A DNA stretch of 64,000 nt from Laspinema olomoucense D3d (GCF_025370715.1 NZ_JAMXEY010000002.1); one strand, 5' to 3'. Counted from the first letter of the stretch, positions 51,095 to 61,294 are shown. The notes: generated from the sequence alone by a model not told the origin. Made by a program: numbers and translations.

Positions 51095-51733
51095 TTACAG
51101 AATTTCTTCACCGCCACATAACAACAAAATTGTATTAATAAACGCCTTGAGTTCTGAACAAACCTCGATAGACTCCATCAAATCGTTTTCCTCTAAAATC
51201 TTTAAACCATCCCGAGTTTTACTATAACTTCTGGGGGATTTGCCTTGCTCAAAAATTTCTTGAATATGTTTCGAGGGCGGTTTCTGATGATTCACTTTCT
51301 CCGGATTGCCGCTAGGAACAGATTTATTATGTTTGGCTAACTTTTGAATGGTCGGCCAAAACGGTAAAAGCCATGCCTCAAAATCATGTTGTGCAGCGTG
51401 GGGATAAAAGTTAGGATTGTTTCCTACCCATTCTTTCATTTTTTGTTTAGCATCGGCTGCATTTTTAAAATCCTCGGTTCCAGTATAAACGTCGGTTAAG
51501 GCAATCACTGCATCATAAGCATCCTTGCCACTCAGCAGCTTTTCTACGTCACTTTTAAGTTTGTCTTTTTTCGGAATCCGTCCATGATAAGGTTTTGGCT
51601 GTAATTTAGGCATTTTTCCTGGTAAACGGGAATTCAGAAAGCGCCGCAAACTCGGTATCAAGGCTTTTTCAGTTGCGCCTTCAACTAAAATAGCAATTTT
51701 CACGATCGCCCTCCGATGATATTCATCGCCCAC
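51095..51733 (-). CDS. DUF4276 (Toprim-like) protein, partner of the upstream AAA ATPase
   Basis: 212 aa. N-terminal IAILVEGATEKALIP matches the VEGxTE opening of DUF4276/OLD-type Toprim. Overlaps the ATPase gene by about 34 nt. Confidence 0.6.
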   Translation of the reverse strand: MGDEYHRRAIVKIAILVEGATEKALIPSLRRFLNSRLPGKMPKLQPKPYHGRIPKKDKLKSDVEKLLSGKDAYDAVIALTDVYTGTEDFKNAADAKQKMKEWVGNNPNFYPHAAQHDFEAWLLPFWPTIQKLAKHNKSVPSGNPEKVNHQKPPSKHIQEIFEQGKSPRSYSKTRDGLKILEENDLMESIEVCSELKAFINTILLLCGGEEIL

Positions 51734-52845
51734 AGTTCATCTAAACTATACTCTTCCAACCATTTCTCTAAATCTAAAGAATCCGCCCAAGTCATGGTTG
51801 TGGAACCCTCTTCATCTGCATCGCATACCAGCACTTCGTCTGGTTGCAAAAATCGGATCAGGCGATCAGAATGGGTGGCAACAATCAGTTGAGTTCGTTT
51901 CGATGCTTCTCGCATCACATCCACCAGCAATCGCAACAATTCTGGATGCAAGCTGACTTCCGGTTCATCGATAAGCGTTACAGCAGTTAAATTCGGACTT
52001 TGCAGTAGGGTGACTAACCACAAAAACCGCACCGTCCCCTCGGAAAGTTGATGCATATAAAGGGGATGCGAAAAATTTTTCTCCTTCCAAGTCAATGCCA
52101 ATGTGCCTGCTGCTACTGGGGGAAAACTCAAGCGTTCAAAACTAGGAAAGGCAGCAGACAAAGTATCGCTTATCAGTTCAAATCGATCCGGGTCTGTTTC
52201 CCGTAAATTATAAAGGCAGGAAACTAAATCTTCCCCCCGATTTCCGGGTAAAGTTGCCGGACGCATCGCTTGCGGTAATCGCACGGGGCTGGTAGGCGAT
52301 AAATTCAATTCCCAAGCTCGATAAAAGCTACAGGAGGCTAATTGCTTCCGCACTGCTTCCGCTTCTTGGTACATTTTAGGAACTTGTGAAAGCGAGGTTT
52401 CTAACGGATTATGTTCCCAATTTGGACGGACCGGAACCTGATTGTCATTAGCAAAATATTGAACATCTAAACCGCTGGAATTTATGTAAGTAAACAAGAA
52501 AGGCGATCTAGTAAGAGATTCCTGCTCTATTTCATAAAATTGTTGGCCTTTAATGTCTAATTTTAAAAAATAGTTAAACTGTCCATATTTTTCTAAATAA
52601 GCTGACCGGACCACGCGCAAATTATCAGCCTGATCTCGCGTCAATATATCACTCAAGCCCCCAAATTCAGAAATTTTTGACTGTAACTGACCTTTTGCAG
52701 ATTCTGATAACAGGGAGAACATTTCCAAAAAAGATGTCTTCCCGACTCCGTTGGCCCCGATGATGACCGTTAAAGGTCTCATTTCGACTTGGACTGTGCG
52801 TAAGCGACGGAATCCATAAATCTCTATTTTTTCAAAACCATTCAT
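51700..52845 (-). CDS. AAA_21/ABC-type (OLD-like, SMC-fold) ATPase
   Basis: 381 aa. Walker A GANGVGKTSFLE near N-terminus. Distal Walker B/D-loop LIDEPEVSLHPELL and H-loop VATHSDRLI. Confidence 0.8.
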   Translation of the reverse strand: MNGFEKIEIYGFRRLRTVQVEMRPLTVIIGANGVGKTSFLEMFSLLSESAKGQLQSKISEFGGLSDILTRDQADNLRVVRSAYLEKYGQFNYFLKLDIKGQQFYEIEQESLTRSPFLFTYINSSGLDVQYFANDNQVPVRPNWEHNPLETSLSQVPKMYQEAEAVRKQLASCSFYRAWELNLSPTSPVRLPQAMRPATLPGNRGEDLVSCLYNLRETDPDRFELISDTLSAAFPSFERLSFPPVAAGTLALTWKEKNFSHPLYMHQLSEGTVRFLWLVTLLQSPNLTAVTLIDEPEVSLHPELLRLLVDVMREASKRTQLIVATHSDRLIRFLQPDEVLVCDADEEGSTTMTWADSLDLEKWLEEYSLDELWAMNIIGGRS

Positions 52846-53121
52846 AATAGGTTTGTTGTTGGGTCATGTTTAAGATCAGTTCTACATTGGTAAAATTATA
52901 CCACATTCATCGGGTTGTTGTAAAATTTTTATTTTTTTGTAAAGAGTGGCAGGAGGTTGACAAAATTTGGTCCGATTAATTTAGATGGTTAACCCCTTGA
53001 TTTAGGCCCGATCGCCCCCTTACTATCTCCTCAATTCTCCCATACTGAATACCAAATCTCTGTACCTCCCTAGTGAAAATTCACTCTACAATTATAAGAA
53101 ACCTATAGGACGATCGCAGAA

Positions 53122-54525
53122 ATGTTTCAAGCAACCCGCCGACGGTTAGCGATTTGGTATGCGGCACTCACAGCAGTGTTGCTGCTGGTGTTTGCTACGG
53201 GATTTTATGTGTATGTGCGGAGTACCTTAATCGATCGCATTGATGACACCCTCAAGCACGTTGTGGAAGTGGTGGAACGCTCGCTGGCGATCGATGAAAA
53301 CCCCAACACCGGCCAATATACCGTAAATGTTGTCGCCAGTTTCCGCAACAATGCTAAAACCGTCGAAGATGACCATATCGATTTAGAATGGTTTAGTCCC
53401 ACTGGGGAATTATTGTGGTCTACCCTTTGGGAACCTTTAAAAATTCCCCTGCACCCGAAAAAAAATGGGGAAACGGTACAACTGTCGGGAGGACAACTCC
53501 TGCGCCAATTCACCGATCGCGTAGAAATTGGACGGCAAGTGGTAGGATATTTGCGAGTCAGTCATCCCTGGTTTGAAGTGACCAAACCGATTCGGCAATT
53601 AATTATTGATTTAAGTTTGGGAACCTCCCTCATGGCAATTGCCATTAGTGCGATCGCCTGGTTACTGTCAGGATTAGCCATGAAACCTGTGCGGGATTCT
53701 TACCAGCGTCTCAAACAGTTTACCTCCGATGCCTCCCATGAACTCAGAAACCCGATCGCCACGATTCAAACAAATGTGCAAGTAGCCCTTGCGGACCCGG
53801 AATTAGATTCACCAATCCATCGCCAGCAATTACAGCTAGTCGAACGCTTGACGCGCCGTATGGGACGATTGGTGGATGATTTGCTCTTTTTAGCGCGACA
53901 AGATAGCGGCATAGTGAAAGTGAGGAAACAACCTGTGCCAATGGATGCCTTATTGATGGAAGTAATGGAGGAACAAGAGGCGATCGCCGCCGAAAAAGGC
54001 ATTGAATTAGTATTAGAAATTATTGATCCGCCCGATAGGGGCAATCACGCCCTCTCCCCCCTTATGGATCCAGAAACTGAACCGGGACTGGATTTTACCA
54101 TCCCCGGAGATTGGGACCAACTGGCGCGACTGTTTACGAATTTAGTCAGTAATGGATTGCAATACACCGCGAAAGGGGGCCAAATTGCCATCACCTTAGA
54201 ATGTAGCGGGGTGAGCAATCGCCCGAGTGCCAATAGCGGTGTCCAAGTTACGGTGAAAGATAGCGGAATCGGCATTCCGGCAGAGTCGGTGCCTCATATT
54301 TTTGATCGCTTTTATCGAGTGGACCCGGCGCGGAGTCATGAACCTCACCAGTCGCCGGAATGGGGTTCTACGGGGTCTGGATTGGGACTGGCGATCGTCC
54401 GGGCGATCGTGGAAAATCATCACGGTTGGATTCGGGTAGACAGTCAGCTTAATCTCGGCACTACCGTTAGCGTTATCCTTCCGCTCTCCAAACCCGACCC
54501 AGAAAAACCGCATCCCGAGGCATAA
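53122..54525 (+). CDS. Two-TM sensor histidine kinase (HisKA + HATPase_c), no cognate regulator adjacent
   Basis: 467 aa. H-box FTSDASHELRNPIATI. G-boxes GSGLGLAIVRAIVENHHG. Confidence 0.85.
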   Translation: MFQATRRRLAIWYAALTAVLLLVFATGFYVYVRSTLIDRIDDTLKHVVEVVERSLAIDENPNTGQYTVNVVASFRNNAKTVEDDHIDLEWFSPTGELLWSTLWEPLKIPLHPKKNGETVQLSGGQLLRQFTDRVEIGRQVVGYLRVSHPWFEVTKPIRQLIIDLSLGTSLMAIAISAIAWLLSGLAMKPVRDSYQRLKQFTSDASHELRNPIATIQTNVQVALADPELDSPIHRQQLQLVERLTRRMGRLVDDLLFLARQDSGIVKVRKQPVPMDALLMEVMEEQEAIAAEKGIELVLEIIDPPDRGNHALSPLMDPETEPGLDFTIPGDWDQLARLFTNLVSNGLQYTAKGGQIAITLECSGVSNRPSANSGVQVTVKDSGIGIPAESVPHIFDRFYRVDPARSHEPHQSPEWGSTGSGLGLAIVRAIVENHHGWIRVDSQLNLGTTVSVILPLSKPDPEKPHPEA

Positions 54526-54590
54526 AATAGCAAAGGACAGAGCGAATCTGAAGGATATAATCGCTCTGATTCCCCTGCGATGTTTCTTTG

Positions 54591-55004
54591 CTAAACTTCG
54601 ATTTGTGACTGCCCCGTGCAGATTGCACAGGAGCATCCCAGTGCATCTCGGATCGGGTCACTTCCGGATCCCTGAGCAATTAAAGCCCCCTGATGGCGGA
54701 TTTCCGGACTCATCCATACCGATGCTAAGTTGCCGGAAACTTGAGACAGCAGACTCGGATGTAGGGGAATGGCGATCGCCCCGGATGGAGCAATTTGCGT
54801 CACCTGAGCCACAGGTTGGCTCAGATTAGCCATCCCCAAGAAAGGTTGCGCCGCAGCGAGGATGGAAGTAATCGCTAACGTTAACGCTAAACTGAGGGCC
54901 GGAGCAAGTTTAAATCGAATCATAAGTTCTGCTTGTGCAAGTGGAGTGTCTTGAGTTGGGATGATGTTTAAGCTGGCCATTTGTTCCTTCCACGATAGCA
55001 TCAA
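54591..55004 (-). CDS. Hypothetical small protein
   Basis: ORF only. Hydrophobic central segment. No homology recognised. Confidence 0.3.
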   Translation of the reverse strand: MMLSWKEQMASLNIIPTQDTPLAQAELMIRFKLAPALSLALTLAITSILAAAQPFLGMANLSQPVAQVTQIAPSGAIAIPLHPSLLSQVSGNLASVWMSPEIRHQGALIAQGSGSDPIRDALGCSCAICTGQSQIEV

Positions 55005-55092
55005 ACCCTCCGGAGTGACTACCCTGTACCTGCCTCTCTATGTGGCCCGGATCCCCCTTGCCCCGTTGAATATTTAGCCGTTGCCACCCCGG

Positions 55093-55752
55093 TTATCTTG
55101 GACGATAAGATCCAGGAATTTTTTTGGCCAACCCTTGGGCAAATTCTTTCTCGAACTCAAAGGCTTCTACTTCTAATTTATTATTTCTGTAGATTTCTCC
55201 GGCTTTTTTATATTCTTTAAAATAGTGATAGCCAAAATTTCCTAAGCTGCCGAGTTGTTCGTGCTGCTGGCAGTGGATTAGTTCGTGGGAGAGCAGGACC
55301 AGTTGCTCGAAGTCCTGTTCTTTCATCTCCTTCTTAATATAAATGGTGTTTCCATAAACTTGAGCGTTGGATTCACCCACATTAATTTTGAAACTTGCCG
55401 CTACCCAATCTTCCATTAAAGTAGCATTATAAACCACTTTCACCCGATCCACTAAATCGCCAAAATGGGGGCGTAAATATTGTTTTTGAGTCTCAGTTAA
55501 AGCTTGCGGTTCAGCATTATTGGAACTCATCACTTCTGCGGCTGCTTGATAAGCCACCGCTCCAAATTGACCCCAAGCTTCTTCAGGCATTTCTTTAGGA
55601 ACTTGTCCCCGGCAAATCTGGCCTCCGAGGGTTTGGGCATCTGGGCAAGTGTGGCTTTCTGGATTAATCATGGGATTACTGAAGGCTCCGAAACCCACGG
55701 TTACGAATCCCAGACAAGCACCAATTAAGTTGACTTTACGGGAGGTGAGCAT
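55093..55752 (-). CDS. DUF4157-like HExxH zinc-metallopeptidase-motif protein with N-terminal signal/TM segment
   Basis: 219 aa. FGDLVDRVKVVYNA...YGNTIYIKKE...LVLLSHELIHCQQHE matches the DUF4157 core (FGxDLSxVRVH...GxxIxF...LLAHELTHVxQ). Confidence 0.55.
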   Translation of the reverse strand: MLTSRKVNLIGACLGFVTVGFGAFSNPMINPESHTCPDAQTLGGQICRGQVPKEMPEEAWGQFGAVAYQAAAEVMSSNNAEPQALTETQKQYLRPHFGDLVDRVKVVYNATLMEDWVAASFKINVGESNAQVYGNTIYIKKEMKEQDFEQLVLLSHELIHCQQHEQLGSLGNFGYHYFKEYKKAGEIYRNNKLEVEAFEFEKEFAQGLAKKIPGSYRPR

Positions 55753-56816
55753 AACCTGAATACTGAACTTCTCTAGGGTTATTCTTGGCGGACTTTGACG
55801 CTCCCGGAACTCTGGTTCTTATCACGGTTAACCCCCTCTAAAATTTGCCAGATTAAAAGCGCCGGTCTTGAATATTTAAGCCGAGATCGCCGGGGTAAAA
55901 GTTCCCTAAATAGGGGGGAATAGTCTAGGATGCGTGGGGAGCGATCGCCCTTGGAAATAGTTTACCCGGTTTTTCATTGAAAATTGATCCGTTTTTTGGC
56001 TGGGTTCCCCCAGGTTTCCCAAATGAAATTCCAGATATCTCACCGAGGATCAAGTCCTACCACTTACCAGTTCGATGCAGTTGCCGGGAAATTTTCTCGG
56101 CTCTTGCCCAAGAATTGACTCGGTTTGGACGCTTCAATTCCTCGGAGGGCAGCGGATCCCTTAAAGGGTGGGGTTTGAATCTCACCCACCGGAAGGAATG
56201 CCTCTGGGCTTCTATTTTTTGGGCTTTAAGAGCTTGCTCTCTTCGGCGGTTAAAACATCCTCAGGGGGTTGACATTGTTGATCGATTTACCCCGTAGAGA
56301 TATCCCATCCCACTGCTCCAAAAAAGTAATTTTGGCTACAATTGACCGTTAATTCCATCGGGCGATCGCTTTTACTGTCCCCTCTTTTAACTATATTTCT
56401 AGGCAAATTTACCCTATTTAGATTACCCGACATTCTCTGCATTCTAACCCTCGCCCGAGGCAATCAAGGGTGAACGGTAATCGGTTCATGGAATCCCTGT
56501 AGGCTTATAAGTTACCTCCCCTGCTTTCCTCCCCAGAGAATCTCGTCTAAGAAAGCTGCCTTTACCGGCCGGTTAAGGCTCAAATTTGAACAACTTTGGA
56601 CCTCATCCAACCCGGTTGATAGGGATTGGCTACAGGTCTACAATCGAGGTCATAACTCAGTAGGTTGCAATCAACCTTCAATGCAGGCGCTGTCCCCTAA
56701 AGTTAATATTTCATGTCTAATCCCTGGCTCTCGGTTTTGGGGGTTCAAGTCAATTCAAAAATGTTCACAGCCGATTATTTTAACAGTCAACCGAGCAAAT
56801 TCCTACCCCAAAGATT

Positions 56817-56846
56817 GCCCTGACTCAGGCATTTTTGAGTCAGGGC
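56817..56846. repeat. Perfect 11-bp inverted repeat (gccctgactca-N8-tgagtcagggc) inside a 1.3-kb ORF-free region
   Basis: Read from sequence. Confidence 0.7.
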
Positions 56847-57043
56847 CGGGGTCCTTGCGCTGGCTTGGGACTGGAGAGAAACCCAGCAGCGCCTTTAACT
56901 AACACCCAATAACGACTCCCATCGTTATACCAACCTGAAAAAACGACTCAAGTCATACTCCTCAACTGAAACTTGTACAGACTCCGGGGTTCTTGCTCCG
57001 AAATCGGAGCATTCTTGAGCTCTCCCATAAGTTCCTGCTGGGG

Positions 57044-58111
57044 TTAACGACACCGCGCTGTTTTGCCATCGGGTAAAATAGCGTCACAAATTGTCCCTTG
57101 GGTAAAATCTACATTCTCAATCCCAATCTGAGTGAGATCCGCCCCTCGCAGATTAGTGCCGGTGAGTTCGACATTGCGGAAGGTGGCACCCGTGAGGATT
57201 GCCCCCTCTAGGTCCGCACCCGAGAGAATCGTCCCCTCTAAGCTGGCTCCCTGAAGCTGGACATTTCTGAGCTGGGTATTAATCAAAATCGCTTCATTGA
57301 GAATAACCCCATGCATATCCGCATCTAATAAATCAGCACCGGAGAGGTCCGCCTGGGTTAACAAGGCCCCTCGTAAGTTACTGGTGCTGAGGTTAGCATT
57401 TCTGAGACTGGCTCCTTGCATCTGTGCCCCTTGCAGGAACGCTTGCCGCGCACTGGCTCCACTGAGATTGGCACTATTGAGGATGGCCCCACTGAGGTTG
57501 GCATTGTTGAGGGTCACCCCGAAGAGTTCGGCACCTGTGAGATTGCTCCCCTGGAGTTGAGCACCATTGAGGTTCGCTTGCTCAATGTAGATGCGGCTGA
57601 GATCTGTCCCGCTTAAATTGGCTTCGGACAAGTCTGCATTCGCTAGGTTAATTAAAAATAAAACTGCACCCACGAGCTGACTCTGAGATAAATTCGCCTC
57701 AGTGAGGTTGACTCCGGTTAGATTGGCCCCTCGAAGATTGACTTTGTGTAAGTTGGCCCCCGTGAAGTTGGCCCCAGTCAGATTGGCCCCTCTCAAATCG
57801 GACCCTTGGAAATTGGCATTCGTTAGGTTAGAACCGCTCAGATCGGCACCGGTGAGGTCGGTATTACTCAGGTTGGCATCGGTCAGAATACAGGCTTGGC
57901 ACTGATTGGTTTGCATCAAGCGCATCACCCCGGCAGAATCTTGCGATCGCCCCGGAATAGCTAGGCAAACCACAGCTAACACAATGATAAAAACTCCCAT
58001 CCATCGGTAAATTTGCCCTATTCGTAAACTCAATTTGTTGTTTTTGATGATTCGTGGATTTGCCATTCGTGGGGCCACCTCTGGAGTCCCGTAGAAAATC
58101 TTAATGCTCAC
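57044..58111 (-). CDS. Membrane-anchored pentapeptide-repeat protein
   Basis: 355 aa. N-terminal TM helix, then about 50 consecutive A(D/N)LSG-type pentapeptides (ANLSNTDLTGADLSGSNLTNANFQGSDLRGANLTGANF...). Confidence 0.85.
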   Translation of the reverse strand: MSIKIFYGTPEVAPRMANPRIIKNNKLSLRIGQIYRWMGVFIIVLAVVCLAIPGRSQDSAGVMRLMQTNQCQACILTDANLSNTDLTGADLSGSNLTNANFQGSDLRGANLTGANFTGANLHKVNLRGANLTGVNLTEANLSQSQLVGAVLFLINLANADLSEANLSGTDLSRIYIEQANLNGAQLQGSNLTGAELFGVTLNNANLSGAILNSANLSGASARQAFLQGAQMQGASLRNANLSTSNLRGALLTQADLSGADLLDADMHGVILNEAILINTQLRNVQLQGASLEGTILSGADLEGAILTGATFRNVELTGTNLRGADLTQIGIENVDFTQGTICDAILPDGKTARCR

Positions 58112-58248
58112 CAGAGGGTGATTCTAATCGATGTCTGACCCTGTAGCACCCTATCTGCTCCTAGTCTATCCCCTGGGATGTAAGGGGTCAGTGGGTGAAG
58201 ATTTTTCCAGTCCCAGGGGAGGGGAAAATCGCTAGAGTCCCTCTGATT

Positions 58249-59178
58249 TTATCGATCGCCGGGTTTAAGTCGAAAAATATAGACGAATTTTCGGCGATCT
58301 GCCGGGATAATTTTCTTTAAAATTCCCTCGACTTCGGCTTTGGTCCCACCGCTGGCGATCGGCATTTCTTCAAACAGGGCAATCCAGCCCTTTTTTATCC
58401 CTATTTCTCGCCAGCGTGCCTGATAAATTTCGGCGTACAACCGCCCCATTTCTTGGTAATAGGTAACTTTTAAATCTACACTTTTTTGGACTAATTCTTG
58501 TATTTGAACTTCATAAGTTTTTCGATTCTCTTCACTCTGTAGATAAAATTTTAGGAGTTCGCCGTGGCTCAGAGGGCTGAGTTGATGATCGGGCTGAGGT
58601 GCTGGGGGTGGTTCCGCTGCTGCAACTTCCGTCAAGGAGGCGATAATTCCAAATTTTTCAACGGCATGATGATAGGTTTCACTCAGACTCCCTTTAATGC
58701 TTAAACCTAAATAAAAGGGATAGGGTTGTAAGGTTCCATCATAGATAATTTTGTTTTTAAAGGGTAAGAGTACCGTTTCCACCATCACCGGCAAAACACT
58801 CCCCACCAGTTCGGGAAAGGGACAATCCAGGGCTAACACGCCGTAGGCTTTACTGGGAGGGCGATCGGCAATTAACACCGCATAATTTTGGTGATAACTA
58901 TAAATATAAAATCTTCCCGAAATAAAATTGTGCCAACTGGAAACAATTTGCAGTAAATCTGGAGCAATTTTCAGGGGGTTTTCTTCGGCAAATAAATCAA
59001 AGAGGTAGGGATGAGTATAGAGTTGCTGGCGGAGTTCATTAACCTGTAACGGCGTCAGTTCTGACATTTCCTCTGAACCACAGCATCCGGCAAAAAGACC
59101 AAATTTTTGATTAACATAAATTAAGATGGAATAGTATAGATGGTAAAATAAATCAATATCTGAATCGGCTAATTGCAT
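58249..59178 (-). CDS. Hypothetical protein (309 aa), unknown family
   Basis: Long ORF with normal codon usage. No recognisable motif. Confidence 0.5.
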   Translation of the reverse strand: MQLADSDIDLFYHLYYSILIYVNQKFGLFAGCCGSEEMSELTPLQVNELRQQLYTHPYLFDLFAEENPLKIAPDLLQIVSSWHNFISGRFYIYSYHQNYAVLIADRPPSKAYGVLALDCPFPELVGSVLPVMVETVLLPFKNKIIYDGTLQPYPFYLGLSIKGSLSETYHHAVEKFGIIASLTEVAAAEPPPAPQPDHQLSPLSHGELLKFYLQSEENRKTYEVQIQELVQKSVDLKVTYYQEMGRLYAEIYQARWREIGIKKGWIALFEEMPIASGGTKAEVEGILKKIIPADRRKFVYIFRLKPGDR

Positions 59179-59502
59179 AATAGAACCCCTCGATTTTATC
59201 CTGGGTGGCTTCTTTCTTTTACTATAGCCCGCCTATCCTGCTTCAGAAACTCTCGGTTGAGGATTAGGGCCCACAGAAGTAGGAACAACCTGTAATGCTA
59301 AATTTCCCGTCAACACCGGATCTCTACCTCTGGTCTTCCCCCCAGACGCGGGAGATAGCAGGTCTAAATCATTCTGACCCTAAAATTAATCCGGTGGAGC
59401 ATTTTACTCCCTACTACAGCAAGATGCTGCCCCACCGGAGTGGAATTGGAGAATTCCTACAAGACTGGCGATAGACAGCGGCGCAGAAAATTTTTTCCCT
59501 CT

Positions 59503-59531
59503 CTTGACAAGGGTGTAACATGGATGTATTA
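59503..59531 (+). promoter_or_regulatory. Near-consensus sigma70-type promoter (TTGACA-17 nt-TATTAT) about 500 nt upstream of the next plus-strand CDS
   Basis: Read from sequence: tcTTGACAagggtgtaacatggatgTATTATgtg. Confidence 0.4.
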
Positions 59532-60037
59532 TGTGAGTAGCAAAAGCGTAAATTTTTAAATTGCCATAAATTTGAAATGGGGGCGATCGCCTTGCTTATA
59601 GAAGTCTACGCTGACCGTGTTTGCTCCAGACATCAGTTTCCATCGAAAGCTACGCGATCGCCATGCTGCCAATGGATGACTCGGACCAAAGGAATCTATC
59701 AGAATTCTCAGGAGGAGACCCAGGGAATGGGAAGAATCACTCAAACGGCTCACCCAGGTCATTGACTCAGCGATCGCCCCTATTTTTGTTAACATCCTAT
59801 TCGTAGGTACTTTATGAAAAAAATCATCTTCATTTCAGAACTTTGGCCTCACCAATCTGGTACCAATGTAAGGAAATAATTACTTGAATCAACAGAAAAT
59901 AAGCGTCCCCGGTTATTTATGTGATAAATCCAAATGTTTTCTAAGGGCCGCTTTCAATAAAGCGTTAATTTTTCCCAGGCATTACAGCCTTAGTGCAAAC
60001 TTTCAGTTCAGTTAGGCGAGCAAAACTCACTTAAATT

Positions 60038-61264
60038 ATGGCATTCAGTAACTTTGACCACGGAAACGAGCTTCGCGATCGCAACCCCACCCAAGATCGG
60101 GGATTGCTGGGAGCGGGTTGGCGACCCTTATCCCGGGACTTTGATTGGAGTTATTTTTTCCATCTCGCCTCTAAAGACCCCTGGGAATTAGCCCACAAAA
60201 CCTTAGATTTTAGTAGTGATATTGCCGATGCGTTAGGGCGTCAAAATTTTACGTGGTGGGCGAATATTTTAAATGTATTTTCGGAATACACCCGAGGCGA
60301 TTTTAATGAGTTTTGGGATTACATTACTCCCCCACCGGCGGGACCCAATTGTCTCAGCGCAGATATGATCACGGCAGAAACCCCCGTTGTTCAATTCGTC
60401 AGCCGGGACAGCATCCCGATTGATTACGTCCTCAAACGCCTCCAAGAGATTACCGTTTGCAAAGTCCTGGACCTTTTAGGTCGTCCCGATTTGATTACCC
60501 AATATTACCTAGAACGGTATTTTTATTATCCCATCGAGCGGTTTTCCACTTGGGAGCGCATTCAAACAATGGGGATCGTTTATGCCTATTGGAAAAAACA
60601 GAACATTTGGCTACAAATCGACCCCCTGGGGCGCATTCAAAATACGGGCCGCAACCAATTTCAATATACGCTGATCGCCGATGATTTGCGATCGCTGATT
60701 AACAAAGCCACCTACAATCTAGCAGTCATGCTCAGTGGCTATCAAAGCCGTGTGGGTCAAGTTCAGAGCGAGTTTCCGATTCGCACCTTTCCTGCTGATA
60801 TTCAAGGCTTTAGCGATCGCGTCCAAGAGGCCATCTTTACCCAACCTCAACTCGCCGTCCTGGTTCATGGCGCACCAGGAACAGGCAAAACAGCTTGGAC
60901 CCAAGCCGTTGCCAAAGAAATTCTAGTTCCCTTGGGATATGTGATTTTTATTCTGGACCATGATGCCGTAGAAAATTTCGTTCCCCCCAGTTATTTAGAA
61001 AAAATTTGCATCATTATTAATGAAGCAGATAACCTCGCCCAAGACCGGGGAAGCGAAGCGGCCCAACACAGTAATAAAACTGAACATATCCTCAGCTTAC
61101 TCGATGGCACTTTATATCAAAGTGTCTTAGAGCCCGAGGGGATTAATGCTCAACAAAAGCTGGTGTTTTTAATGACTTGTAACACCACCGAACGATTAGA
61201 TCCGGCTGTATTACGCAAAGGACGGATTGATTTAATCTATGAATTTGTAACTCAATTTGTTTAA
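60038..61264 (+). CDS. Classic-AAA-domain ATPase with about 260-aa unknown N-terminal domain
   Basis: 408 aa. Walker A GAPGTGKT, Walker B IIINEAD, sensor-2-like RKGRIDL. Confidence 0.75.
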   Translation: MAFSNFDHGNELRDRNPTQDRGLLGAGWRPLSRDFDWSYFFHLASKDPWELAHKTLDFSSDIADALGRQNFTWWANILNVFSEYTRGDFNEFWDYITPPPAGPNCLSADMITAETPVVQFVSRDSIPIDYVLKRLQEITVCKVLDLLGRPDLITQYYLERYFYYPIERFSTWERIQTMGIVYAYWKKQNIWLQIDPLGRIQNTGRNQFQYTLIADDLRSLINKATYNLAVMLSGYQSRVGQVQSEFPIRTFPADIQGFSDRVQEAIFTQPQLAVLVHGAPGTGKTAWTQAVAKEILVPLGYVIFILDHDAVENFVPPSYLEKICIIINEADNLAQDRGSEAAQHSNKTEHILSLLDGTLYQSVLEPEGINAQQKLVFLMTCNTTERLDPAVLRKGRIDLIYEFVTQFV

Positions 61265-61294
61265 GGAATTTTACGGGAATGATAAAATGAAAAA

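Noticed and set aside
56440-56500. RNase P RNA-like motif AGGGUGAA in the ORF-free region
   Set aside because: The flanking sequence does not continue into the conserved GGUGCGGUAAGAGCGCACC element, so it is likely coincidence.
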